Below, in pieces: positions 13,610-25,815 of a stretch of 64,000 nucleotides of DNA. The position numbers and the translations under genes were made by a program. The first letter of the stretch is position 1, and the number at the start of each line of letters is the position of its first letter. Source of the stretch: Octopus sinensis (Eukaryota); assembly GCF_006345805.1 (NCBI RefSeq), contig NC_043008.1, positions 21,824,001-21,888,000 on the forward strand, read 5' to 3'. The notes beneath the pieces are model-generated. The model saw only the letters and a list, made by a program, of their open reading frames with translations. It was not told the DNA's origin and searched no databases.

Positions 13610-14045
13610 ATTATCATTTTGTCTGATATAAGCACAAAACCAGAAATGTGAAGCAAGGAGACAATCGATTATATTAGCACCAGTACTCAAGTGGTACTTT
13701 CGACAATCCACATCAGTCAAGCAAAAAAAAAAAAATAATAATAATAAAACAAAGCAGGGTCCGGTGGGATTTGAACTCGGAATATAAAAAGTATTTCTCC
13801 AACAACAAATCACCCTTAGTAATGACAAGAGTTGTTTCTAATTTCGGCGTAAGGCCAATAATTTTGAAAGGAATGGGGTTTGTGGATACCAACGACCCAA
13901 GTACTAAACTTATCGACTGTGAAAGGATGTAAAATTATAGTTAATCTTGGCGGATTTTGAACTCAAGAAGTTGAGTGACATAGCTAAATACCGCAAGATA
14001 TTTTACCCGGCACTCGAACGATTTTTTCCAGTTAACCGCCCTTGG
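13610..14045 (-). mobile_element. Two degenerate SINE family B copies
   Basis: GTGGGATTTGAACTCGG and GGCGGATTTTGAACTCAAG B-box remnants; GCACAAGGCC-type tails. Confidence 0.6.
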
Positions 14046-15166
14046 TTATAATATTGACGATGATTAAAAATTAGTTACAAACTTAAGCAGCAAACTAGAT
14101 ATTGAATAATCTGCAGAGTTTACAGTTTCACTGTTCAGATCAATGAGTAAGAATTTGTCTTCACATCTAAGATAATTGATGCTAATATTTCGGGGGCAGT
14201 TCAATATATTGACTATATTGACCAAATCTTCGTTCAGAATATTTGCTCTGGCGCCGTCATTGGAAAATTGTCATCATATTTCTTTAATGATTTTGTTACA
14301 GCATCCCTTCTTTTCTCTTTTGGTTTTCTCGAATGCAAGCTTTGAATCCAACTGGAAACACGCAAGAAATTCAATGTCTACAACAGTGAACTGCATCCCC
14401 ACTCTCCTTCTCGTTCTTCTCTCTCTTTCTTTGTTTCATTCTTTGTCTCTCGTTGTTCCTCTCTCTCTCTCTCGCTCTCTCACCTCCGACAAGGAATTTT
14501 TATATAGAATTAATAATTAATTATTGGAAATTATTTTTAGCTCCCTTTGTCAGCAACAGCCAACACCACAAAAAGGAGAACAATATATTTGAGCTCATGC
14601 TGATGCTGAAAACAATGGAAGTTGTGAAGAAGTGGCTTTGTACTCGCCACAACATTGCAATACACTATAATATACGACATTACTCTAGGCTACACCACAC
14701 GAAGCTACACTCTATAATCCTACATTAAAAATAAATGACACTATACTACAAAGAAACATACGGTAATAAAACAATTCTTGTACCAAATTCAATGAATTGC
14801 ATCTTTCTGTCTTTGATATTTTTAGCGTAAAGAGATAGTTAAGCCAAAGAAAGGTTTCATTCGTTGATACAATGGCGACTTCTCACTCGATTTGTCGTCT
14901 GACTTCAGCAGAAAATGAACTCTGATATTTCACTACCTGACCTACTACAGAGAAGTGAACGTCTTGTATGGAGAATTGAAATTCATTTCCAGGAATGTGG
15001 CAACTGAAGAATATTCAAATCAAGTTGGCGGTTAAATAATGAAATATTCAGTTCTATTAATGCCGTCTCCTTGAGAAAGTAGAATCACGTGGTTAGTGTT
15101 GTAATGATTGTTTGTCATTTGGAGAGACGCTGAGATGAGTAGAGTTTAGATTATTTTTTGTCGAAA

Positions 15167-15556
15167 TCTCTATATATATGAAGCTGAAGTTACTGTGTAT
15201 AGCAGGTTTGGTAGCCTTCAACTAACACTATCCCCTCCGAGACCCTGCAGCACAAGCTGACCAAAATTGAGAGTATGATAGAAGAGGGCTTGCTCTTCCT
15301 GTCGTAGAAGAAAAAATTCAAATCGGACCATATTAACACCAAAAATTATTTACGTCAAAAAGGCGCTTTTTTCTATGAAAATCCCTATTTTTTACGATTT
15401 TTTGACTGCTGTGTCGCCATTTTTCAGTGTATTTCAACCAGAAAAATGTTCAATTAAAGAGAATAACAAGCTACATAATGCAACATTTTTACTTTTCAAA
15501 AATTCCAATTTTAAAGGGTCGAAACAAACCCGAGCAATGCCGGGCGATACTGCTAG
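15167..15556 (+). mobile_element. Non-autonomous Helitron (family H1)
   Basis: A|TC start, 3' hairpin CCCGAGCAATGCCGGG, CTAG|T end; close copy at 45066-45460 on the minus strand. Confidence 0.9.
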
Positions 15557-16568
15557 TTACTTTAATATACTTGTAAATCTGCAGTCCGAGTGTTAGGGTC
15601 ATGAGAACGCCGACCTAGCGACGGAGGACAGAGAACAACACAATACCGCAAATTAATGAAATACAAATATAATCATAATACGAATTACATTGTTCTACTC
15701 ACATCTAGATTGTTGCTGGTGGTGATGGTAAGCTCAGGTGTTTCTCAACCGAGGAAACCTACAGTCAAAGGTATTCCAGTTATGAACCTCTCCACAGTTT
15801 CGATATTAGTGTATCTATAATTACATTGTAATATCTGTGATTACACTGTCATTTTTGATAGGTAACAAAAAGAACGACCTAGGTTCAAATCCCGCTGGAA
15901 ACAGGATTTTGGAAAGCACCAGGAGGACACCTAGGAGTTATGATCGAGGTGGGCCCTGCTCCCCTAGAGTGTCGGTATAAAGGCTGGAACACTCGTCGGA
16001 TGGGAGTCCTTCCTCTGAAGATCTCTCTTGCTGTATGCTTGCCTTGTAGCCAGTTTCTGTCAATTTCCTGATAACCCCTTCTAGTATAGGCACAAGGCCT
16101 GAAATTTTGGTGGGGACGTGAGCTGGTCGTTTCTATCGGCCTCAGTGTTTGCCTGGTACTTATGTATTAGACACTAGTGTATTTAGACAAATCCCCTCCA
16201 ACCGAAATGAGAAGGCACCTATGAACATATCAGAGAATGTTAACGATAATTTCTCATCTCAAAAACACGGAATCATTATGCAATATGTTCTTCCAATATT
16301 CGAAGACGGCAGGCTGTGATATGAGGGAAATTTAGCTGTTATTTTTAATCAGTTAAGTAAATTCTTTTATTCTTTTACGTGTTTCAGACATTTAACTACG
16401 GCTATGCTGGAGCACCCCCTTAAGGGATTTTAGTCGAACAAATCAACTCCAAGACTTAGCTTTTGTGAGCCTAGTACTTATTCTATCGGTCTTTTTTGCT
16501 GCACGGGGATGTAAATACACCAACATCGGTTGTCAAGCGATGGCTGACGTCGGTTGACAAACACAAAC

Positions 16569-16603
<35 letters not shown>

Positions 16604-16607
16604 CATA

Positions 16608-17887
16608 CTGGGTGAGGAAGCAAAATTTACAATGAACGTTAAGTTGCTTTTTCTCAGGAGGCACTAAGTCAATTGTTTTGAAACCTAGCATATACTGATG
16701 TCATACTCATACCTAACACTATTATCCTTACCTTTTCAGAAACTTTTGCCCATATGAGTAATCAGGAAAGCAAACGTCAAAGAGTGTGTGATTTGCTGAA
16801 TGCACTCGTCACACCAAAGGAGATTTCAAGGATAGTTTGAGTGTCCATAAAGACTGTTTATTATGTAAAGAATAGAATGACTATGAGCAAAACTATTACG
16901 AGGAAGTCTGGAAGCGGAGGAATCAACAAAAAAACGTACCAAAGCTTTTATTAAAGCTCCCAAATCCAAAATCCTAAAGGATCCAACCAAATCCATGAGA
17001 AAAATGGCAATTGAACTTGAGGTAGACAAGAAGACCATTAGAAATGCAGTAAAATATGATTTGAGGTTAAAATCTTACACAAGAACACCAAATCATTTGT
17101 TGACAACAGCTATGAAGGAAAAGAGATTGGAGAGATGCAAGAAAATTATTACATGGTTCAAGAAAAAGTCCTCCATTGTAACAATCCTTTCAGATGAAAA
17201 GATCTTCACTGTCGATGCTGTTCTGAACCGCAGAAATGACAGATTTATTGCAAAATCAACAGCTGAGGTTAAGAGGACATTCAAAACAAAACATCCTGCA
17301 CAAGTTATGGCTTTTGGTGTTGTGGCTTCCGATGGAAAGAAATTGCCTATAAAATTCTACAAAGCTGATGAAAAGATCAATGTTAATACTTACTACAAGA
17401 CTCTGAGATACCAGGTATTGCCATGGCTTAAAGCAAACTACCCAGATGGTAATTATGTATGGACACAGTATGGTGCTCCAGCCCACACAGCCAGAAAAAT
17501 ACAAGATTTCTGCAAATCCAACTTTAGCGATTTTGGGGAATCATGTTTATGGCCGCCTTCTAGCCCAGATCTAAACCCTCTGGATTATGCTATTTGGGGC
17601 GTTTTAGAACATGCTACCAATAGAACATCACACAGAAATGTCGACTCTCTTAAAGATACTATTACAGAAGAATGAGAGAAGTTGTCTCCCGAATATTTGA
17701 GAAACACTTGTACAAGTTTCAGGAAGCGTGTGAAGGCAGTTATTGAGAAAGAAGGACACATAGAATAAAAACATTTGTAAATTGTCTTGTGGTAAATAAA
17801 TTCTCATAACGTTCAATAAAATAATTGGTCATACACTGTCTTTCAATCCCTGCCTCAAAATATTGTAAATTTTGCTTCCTCACCCTG
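16608..17887 (+). mobile_element. Full-length Tc1/mariner superfamily transposon, maT (DD37D) type
   Basis: 26-bp TIRs C(T/A)GGGTGAGGAAGCAAAATTTACAAT with 1 mismatch; TA on both sides (16606-07, 17888-89). Confidence 0.95.
16754..17768 (+). pseudogene. Inactivated maT transposase
   Basis: ATG at 16754; in-frame TGA, +1 frameshift in an A-run near 16930, TGA at 17673-75; motifs LSDEKIF, WTQ[Y]GAPAH (D to Y), SPDLNPLDY; 37 residues counted between the 2nd and 3rd catalytic positions. Confidence 0.92.
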
Positions 17888-18309
17888 TATATAACGGGCT
17901 TCTTTCAGTTTCCGTCTTCGAAATCCACTCACAGCGCTTCGAATGGCATGAGGCTATAGTAGGAGACACATGCCCAATGTGCCATGTAGTGGAACTGAAC
18001 CTACAACCACGTGGTTGAGAAGCAAGCTTCTTACCACACAGCCACGCCTGCGCCCCTTCATTGGGCTAACTGGCTGACTGGTTTTCAACTAGTCTCACTA
18101 AGCTAATTATGGTTAAGGGTCTCGTCTTTTGACATACCATAGATAACACAAAATAATTAGTGGGACTTGTTATATCCGTGAAGCTTCCCCGTCATTAGAC
18201 CAACAAACAAGCTGCTTGAATAAATGTGAGATTCTCTATTGTCTCCCTTCTTGTTTTCTGACCTCGTTCTGATTATTATGCAGTCTGTATTTGCTGTTGT
18301 TGTTGCTGC

Positions 18310-18349
<40 letters not shown>

Positions 18350-18604
18350 GCTGTAGTTAATGCTGTTATAGATGTTTAGATGGTTATGTAATGCTACCAT
18401 GGTTTATTATCAACGGGAAGGTTTAATTTGACATGAAATACTGTTTTCAAATAATCAATACTTGAATCTACAATAGACAAGACTTGTCTACGTTAGCATT
18501 TACGTCATTTCGTTATCCACCCCCTACAACACCCTACACACATACATGTATATACACATGCGTATGTATGTGGGTATGTGTGAGTAAGTATTATGCATCT
18601 ACAC

Positions 18605-19283
<679 letters not shown>

Positions 19284-19447
19284 AGACAGGCAGATAGATT
19301 ACACATTAACACATGAATGTACATGTATGCATTGTATATGAATATATGAATGCCTATGTATTGTATGTGCATGCTTGCATATTTCTCTGCTCTAATGAAA
19401 TCAGATAAGTTTAGAGGCAGAAATGCAGTCTCATTAGTGACTGAACA

Positions 19448-19544
19448 CCTTATAAACAAATCCCTACCACATGTTGAGCCCCTTATAAACAAATCCCTAC
19501 CACATGCTGAGCCCTTTATAAACAAATCCCTACCATATGTAGCC
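19448..19544. repeat. 33-bp minisatellite, about 3 copies
   Basis: CCTTATAAACAAATCCCTACCACATG(T/C)TGAGCC at 19448, 19481 and 19514 with no spacers. Confidence 0.9.
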
Positions 19545-19605
19545 AACCGCATTTTTTTGTATGTTCTGCTCTATTCACGCCCTCCTTCCCTCTGCTTCAC
19601 ATATG

Positions 19606-20370
19606 CACAAGGTGCATTCCAGGAATTTTCAGGCTTTCCAAGAGAGAAATTTATTAATTTCCAAGAAGTACAAAAAATTTTCAGGCTTTCCAAGAGAGAA
19701 ATTTATTAATTTCCAAGAAGTACAAAACTCTGATCTCCTTGAAAGTAGGGTCCTCCAACCAGTTCGCAAAGCCCGCATGGAAGTCCTCGAAACTGAAGGT
19801 GTCCAGGACCCTCTCACCATCATCTTCTCAATGTCTTCAAAACGAACCCTGGGATTCATCTTCAGCTTGGGGAACAACCAAAATTCACAGGGAGCAAAGT
19901 CTCGACTGTAGAGAGGGTTAGGGACAGATTTGATGCCCATCTCTGCTAAATAGCTGATTACCATGTTGCTCGTTACTGAGCGCTCTGAGAACAAACTTTG
20001 TACAGATTTTGCGCATATTCATATCTTCGTGAATAATTCTGTGTACAGTTTCCACACCAACTTCAGATTATATGTTTATTCTTCCTGTAGACACGCGAAT
20101 TTTTTCAACTAGCTCTGAAATTCTGACGTCCCTCTTCCTTCCATATTTTTCATCACCTCTTATTTCCTTCCTACCGTCCTTGAACCTCTGGAGCCAACGA
20201 AAAGCTTATTTCATAAGTTTCTCAAGCGTTTTTCCCCAATTTAACACAAAACTTTATAGCATAGCGAGCTTCCAAATTATCTTCACGTCCCGACTGCATT
20301 CTACAATCTAGTTGGCAATGACAAGTAGGGTTCAGAGGGATATATTGAAAGTTCTGTTACAGCCATCTTC
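19606..20370 (-). mobile_element. Internally deleted, decayed mariner
   Basis: N-terminus from ATG 20299: MQSGREDNLEARYAIKFCVKLGKNA..FRWLQRFKDG..VETVHRIIHEDMNMRKIC; C-terminus YLAEMGIKSVPNPLYSRDFAPCEFWLFPKLK..FEDIE; only one TIR-like end (about 19606) recognised. Confidence 0.8.
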
Positions 20371-20763
20371 AGCATGGAATGACAAAAGTTGGGAGGACAA
20401 CTTATTAAATGTATAGTAAGAGTTACTAAGATTCCAACTTATTAGATGTATAGTACGACTTACCAAAACCACTATAACTTCCTCTCTTTAAATGTTACTA
20501 AAACCGCTATAACTGCCTCTCTTTAAAAGTTTCTATACGTCTAGAAGGCAGATCGTATATTCATAATAGATAAATGCTTCATCTTTCCATTTGTTTCCAG
20601 ACATGCATTGATATTAAGACTAACCGCTCAAGATTTATAAACATTTTATAGTATATATATATATATATATATTTGTGCAAAATAACTGGACATCTGTCGT
20701 GCATAAATATGCATGCATATGCATAGATTATGTAAATGCTTAAATTATACGTATATATATATT

Positions 20764-20996
20764 AAGGCGGCGAGATGGCAGAAACGTTAGCGCGCCGGGC
20801 GAAATGCTTAGTGGTATTTCGTCTGTCGTTACGTTTTGAGTTCAAATTCCGCCGAGGTCGATTTTGCCTTTCATCCTTTCGGGGTCGATAAATAAAGTAC
20901 CAGTTAATCACTGGGGTCGATGTAATCGACTTAATCCCTCTGTCTGTTCTTCTTTGTCCCCTCTATGTTTAGCCCCTTGTGGGTAATAAAGAAATA
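20764..20996 (+). mobile_element. SINE family B, tail type 1
   Basis: Near-identical to 2878-3110; sits in (TA)n. Confidence 0.9.
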
Positions 20997-21012
20997 TATA
21001 CGTATATATATG

Positions 21013-21053
<41 letters not shown>

Positions 21054-21283
21054 TCAAATTATGATGAATGTAAACAGACAAATGAAGTTTGCTTTAGAAG
21101 CGTTGAGATGTCTTAGAAAGTTAAAGAAGTGATTTTAAATTCTCAAACGCAGGATAATGCTAATAATATAGCTTGAACAGGATAAGTTACCCCTATTTTG
21201 CAGAAAAAAGTGTTGGCTGCCGGCTACATATATATATAAGCAACAAGGATATCCAGAGGTAATGCAGTACGATCGTTTCATGC

Positions 21284-21668
21284 AATTCCATTTAACTGAA
21301 CAATGCAATCATTACATCGATTTAAAATGCAGAGCAATCCTCAGCTGCACAAAGACATAGAATTTTAATAAATTAAAACAGATGGACACATTATTATAAT
21401 TATACCTAACATCTCCAAGAAGTTAAGGAGATAGACAAAGAACATGCTGCCTTCACTCCAACATAGAAGCTACTATGTTCTTTGTCTGCAGCATAGAAGC
21501 TACATGTTCTTTGTCTATCTCCTTAACTTCTTGGAGATGTCTGGTATACTTATAATAATAATGTGTCCATCTGTCTTAATTTAATTAAATTCTATGTCTT
21601 TGTGCAACTGAGGATTGCTCTGCATTTTAAATCGATGTAATGATAGCATTGTTCAATTAAATGGAGTT
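21284..21668. repeat. Foldback element, about 163-bp inverted arms with 56-bp spacer
   Basis: 21284-21446 is the reverse complement of 21503-21668 with scattered mismatches. Confidence 0.9.
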
Positions 21669-22039
21669 ATTAGATTTTTTCCTATCTTTAAAAACCGTTC
21701 GCTTGTCCAGCATCCATGCATAGTTAGCAAGTCTGCAAAGTACATGGTTGACAGATATCTAAGGGAAAAATAATCTCGTAATGGTGTTGGTATATTCTGC
21801 ACATTTGCGGCAATGAAATACCGCTATACTTGTGACTTCAGTCGCACGGAAGGTTCAGTAAAAACGGGAGTAGCTGTGGGTTTTTTTCTCCCCGTCTCCT
21901 GTGACTGCGTCCCTTTTCCAAGTCTTGCCTAATCTGTCATGGTTATCATTGAATACTGATGGCTGAAACTTTTTCGGGTGACAGATGACGGATCTTTCAT
22001 AGCCCAGTGAAGGCATCACACATTTGCGACAATGAAGTA

Positions 22040-22132
22040 CTGCTACTTCCAACGCATCGCTCGGTCCAGGAATCGAAACGACGACCTTACAATCATGAGT
22101 TCAACACCCTAACCACTAAGCCACGCGCCTCC
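22040..22132 (-). mobile_element. Isolated tRNA-like SINE head
   Basis: Minus strand GGAGGCGCGTGGCTTAGTGGTTAGGGTG...GTTTCGATTCCTGGACCG; similar head at about 44690-44778. Confidence 0.7.
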
Positions 22133-22479
22133 ACTTATTTATATATAAGATACTACAATTAGCCGTCATTATTAACGGCACGTGGTCAGCAAGTTTATTC
22201 ATATTTTAGTAGTTAGAAGGACATCGTCAAACTTGACGGACAAGCTATCAAAAATTCATATACTTTCAGAAATATTTCTACTAGAATAAGAATCATATGC
22301 ATTAACTGAAAGTGCAGCCTTAATACTACCAGCCTTAATACTACCCTCCACCACCTCATAGAAAATCTCACGAATATAAACTGTATAAATAAGCGCAATT
22401 TGCAGTCTGGGTACTTACAGAGATGACGTGACCTTGCAGGTTCCACAACTGGTGCTGGACATTTGTGTCTACTACTGAT

Positions 22480-22931
22480 AGGCGTAGGAGTGGCTGTGTA
22501 GGTAGGCGTAGGAGTGGCTGTGTAGATAGGCGTAGGAGTGGCTGTGTGGTAAGTAGCTTGCTTACGAACCACGTGGTTCTGGGTTCAGTCCCACTGCGTG
22601 GCACCTTGGACAAGTGTCTTCTACTATAGCCTCGGGCCGACCAAAGGCTTGTGAATGAATTTGGTAGTCGGAAACTGAAAGAAGCCCGTCGTATATATGT
22701 ATATTTATGAGTGTATGTGTGTATGTTTGTGTGTCTGTGTTTGACCCCCCCCTCCCCAACATCGCTTGGCAACCGATGCTGGTGTGTTTAGGTCTTCGTA
22801 ACTTAGTGGTTCGGCAAAAGAGACCGATAGAATAAGTACTAGGCTTACAAAGAATAAGTTCTGGAGTTGATGTGCTCGACTAAATGCGGTGCTCCAGCAT
22901 GGCCACAGTCAAATGACTGAAACAAGTAAAA
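22480..22931 (+). mobile_element. SINE family A with triplicated 24-bp head
   Basis: AGGCGTAGGAGTGGCTGTGT starts at 22480, 22504 and 22528, followed by a full body. Confidence 0.9.
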
Positions 22932-23294
22932 TATTATAGTGGTCTGTTTTTTAGCACCATACATCTACATGAGATGCTTTCTCAAGAAGAATGCTATAGT
23001 ATTATGACGTCTTAAAAATATATCGGCATAGGATATACTTTAAGTAGGCTGTAAAGGTTGCTATTCACTACTAAAACTGCTTTCGTCGCCTAAAACTAAT
23101 TCTACACAACTCGTGATCACATCACGTGATCTAGCACTTTCACTGCCTGTGCTGAACAGTTTTGTCCGCTTTTGCTATTTCTGTGGTCTTTAGCACTTTA
23201 CGTCTAAAAAGATATTATCTTAAGAAGAATACTGCTATATCATGTCGCCCTTAAAGCATATTCACATAAAATAGACTATAACTGCTTATGTCTA

Positions 23295-23500
23295 CAGGGT
23301 GGCCAAAAAGTAAGTTTACATATATTAGACTATCTCTTTGGCATGCATATATTAACAGTTTAGATCTTAATTATAGAAAAAATATGACACTATCATTCTA
23401 TGCTAATTTACTTAATTTTGTCGAGCTCCCTTTTCAGTTTGTAAGATAGAAATTTTAAGTGCCTATGTGATAACTTTAAACCTACTTTGGGGCCACCCTG
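23295..23500. mobile_element. 206-bp Tc1/mariner-type MITE
   Basis: 24-bp TIRs CAGGGTGGCCAAAAAGTAAGTTTA and CAGGGTGGCCCCAAAGTAGGTTTA (reverse complement); TA on both sides. Confidence 0.9.
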
Positions 23501-23502
23501 TA

Positions 23503-23575
<73 letters not shown>

Positions 23576-23943
23576 ATATATATATAATATATATATATAT
23601 AATATATATGTCAAAATATATATATATATAATGAGAATTTACAAAAAGAAAACAAAAGACGAAGACGTGTGTGTAAACAACAAACAGATGTAATAGTTTA
23701 ACGCTCAGGAAGTGAGAGAGTCTTTTATGTTTCGAGCCTACGCTCTTCGACAGAAAGGAACACAGAAATATACAAGGATAGAAACTAAAAAAAAGGTTTA
23801 GTGGCTAGCGATCTATCATGGCCACGTTAAGTAGACTATAAATGTTTATGTTAGTATATATATGTGTGTGTGTGTATGTGTGTGTGTTGGTGTGTTTGGG
23901 TGGGTGTGAATGTGTGCGTATGTGTGATATGTGTGTGTGTGTG

Positions 23944-23987
<44 letters not shown>

Positions 23988-24369
23988 TGTGTGTGTGTAA
24001 TAGGACGGCAATAATTATGAAAAAAAGCATGTTGACAGGTTAAGAAAATACGGATTTGATTATGACAGGAAACATCCAGGAAAAAAACTGATTTAAAATG
24101 GATAACATTCAAAAAGATACATAGTTTTGCTGTTACAACTGGCAAGAGAAAATAAATATGGTTCTTTTTCGAATGTCAAGTGTCACAGTAGTAATGTCCT
24201 GCACGAATTGCTACACAAATTGTCCGTATAATATTCATTGAGTGTCTATCAAATTATTACATAGCAGAAACGTATTTTAATGCAACAATAAACATGTGTA
24301 TTTTCCATTTGTGAAAAATCCTTCTTGAAAAAAAATATGTAGTCTCCGTTTAAGACTGTGGTATAATGA

Positions 24370-25060
24370 AAGATCGAAAGTCAGCTTGAAACTAAGTTTC
24401 TTCTTGTGTTAGTTTAATTTTTCTTCCAGTAACTGATGTAATGGGAAATTATTTATTTTACTTTCAGTTTACATCATATCTATATATATAAAACTATAGT
24501 TGTGTGAGTGTCTGACCCCTTCGATTTAGATTCCTAACTACTCCCACATTTTGCGGTGCAGTTTAACCAAATTCGGGTATCTTATAGTGGTGATTCATAT
24601 CGAGCCCGTCTGAGTATTAGCGCCCGTCTACGATGAGTCTACGATTTTAAAAATAATTTAACATCATTTTTTATTCCATTTTAATGCATATTTTTTCGTG
24701 TGTCGATGGCGTGTGTCGTGAAGCTGTGGGGAAGGGAGTGTAAGGAAATCAACGTCGTAAAGCGTTGTCAAGGAGACCAGCGTTCTTTTAGAACAACGAC
24801 TTCATGGCTTGAAGACACCAAAACAGAAATGGCTAAGAAAGCCCGAATTGGCATCTATAAGGGAAGTAACTCTCTAAAAATGCTTATATAGTTATTTCCC
24901 TTACAAACCCGAGCAACGCCGGGCGATACTGCTAGTATTTCCTAAGATCGAAAGACAGTTTGAAAGTGAGTTTCTTCTTATGTTAGTTTAATTTTTCTTC
25001 CAGTAACTGATGTAGTGGAAAACTCTTTATTTTACTTTCATTTTACACCATATATTTCCC
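24370..25060. repeat. 117-bp diverged tandem duplication; first copy interrupted by the Helitron
   Basis: 24370-24478 plus 24936-24943 aligns with 24944-25060. Confidence 0.85.
24479..24935 (+). mobile_element. Non-autonomous Helitron (H1-type 3' end, different interior)
   Basis: A|TCTATATATATAAAA...ACAAACCCGAGCAACGCCGGGCGATACTGCTAG|T. Confidence 0.9.
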
Positions 25061-25670
25061 TTTCATTTTTCATCATACATTCTGAAGTTACAAACATTGG
25101 TTAATAAAGAGGTAGAAGCGAAATTGTAGCAATCATTTCCCATTGTAGCTCAGAATGCACATCAGCGGAGCAATGAGAGACTTGCCTAAAATTAATAATA
25201 GTCTTGGAGTATGCAGCATAATGCTATCCATAATTCAATCAGTTGTCAACACCTCTATGTTTGTAAATTAATGGATGCGCTGAAACAGAAGAAAGGCGCT
25301 ATAGCTCAAACGAAGACAACAGGCCAAAACTGCTGGATTATTATCCAATAAAGGAATGAGAATATCAATAAGACCCACCAATCATTAAATAAATGTTAGT
25401 CCTAAAGGACAAATTGAGTTTCTTCCAGGGAATTGCATACTTGAAATGCAAATTACCTGCGCGCAAATGTCCAAGGTGACCAATGGCTATGGTGCATTTG
25501 ACATTAATACAGTTACTCGGGTTGTAATTGACATATCACCACATACGTATGTGTGTATATGTGTTTGTAAATGTATATGTATATACAATACATCATACGT
25601 ACATAAGGTGTATATAAGCACATATTCAAGTACTATTTTTCCACCTTGTTTTGATTAATGTGCGCGCCTC

Positions 25671-25718
<48 letters not shown>

Positions 25719-25815
25719 AACATATATACATACATATATATAGGTATATATATGCACACACACATATATATCATATATATAAATATATTATTATATATAT
25801 ATGTATATATATATT

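Larger units (their letters stand above)
16362..18054 (-). mobile_element. SINE family A split by the maT transposon
   Basis: 3' half at about 16362-16600 and 5' half at about 17890-18054 are colinear around the insertion. Confidence 0.85.

Noticed and set aside
19448-19544. 33-bp repeats as a CRISPR array
   Set aside because: Repeats are contiguous with no unique spacers; eukaryotic context.
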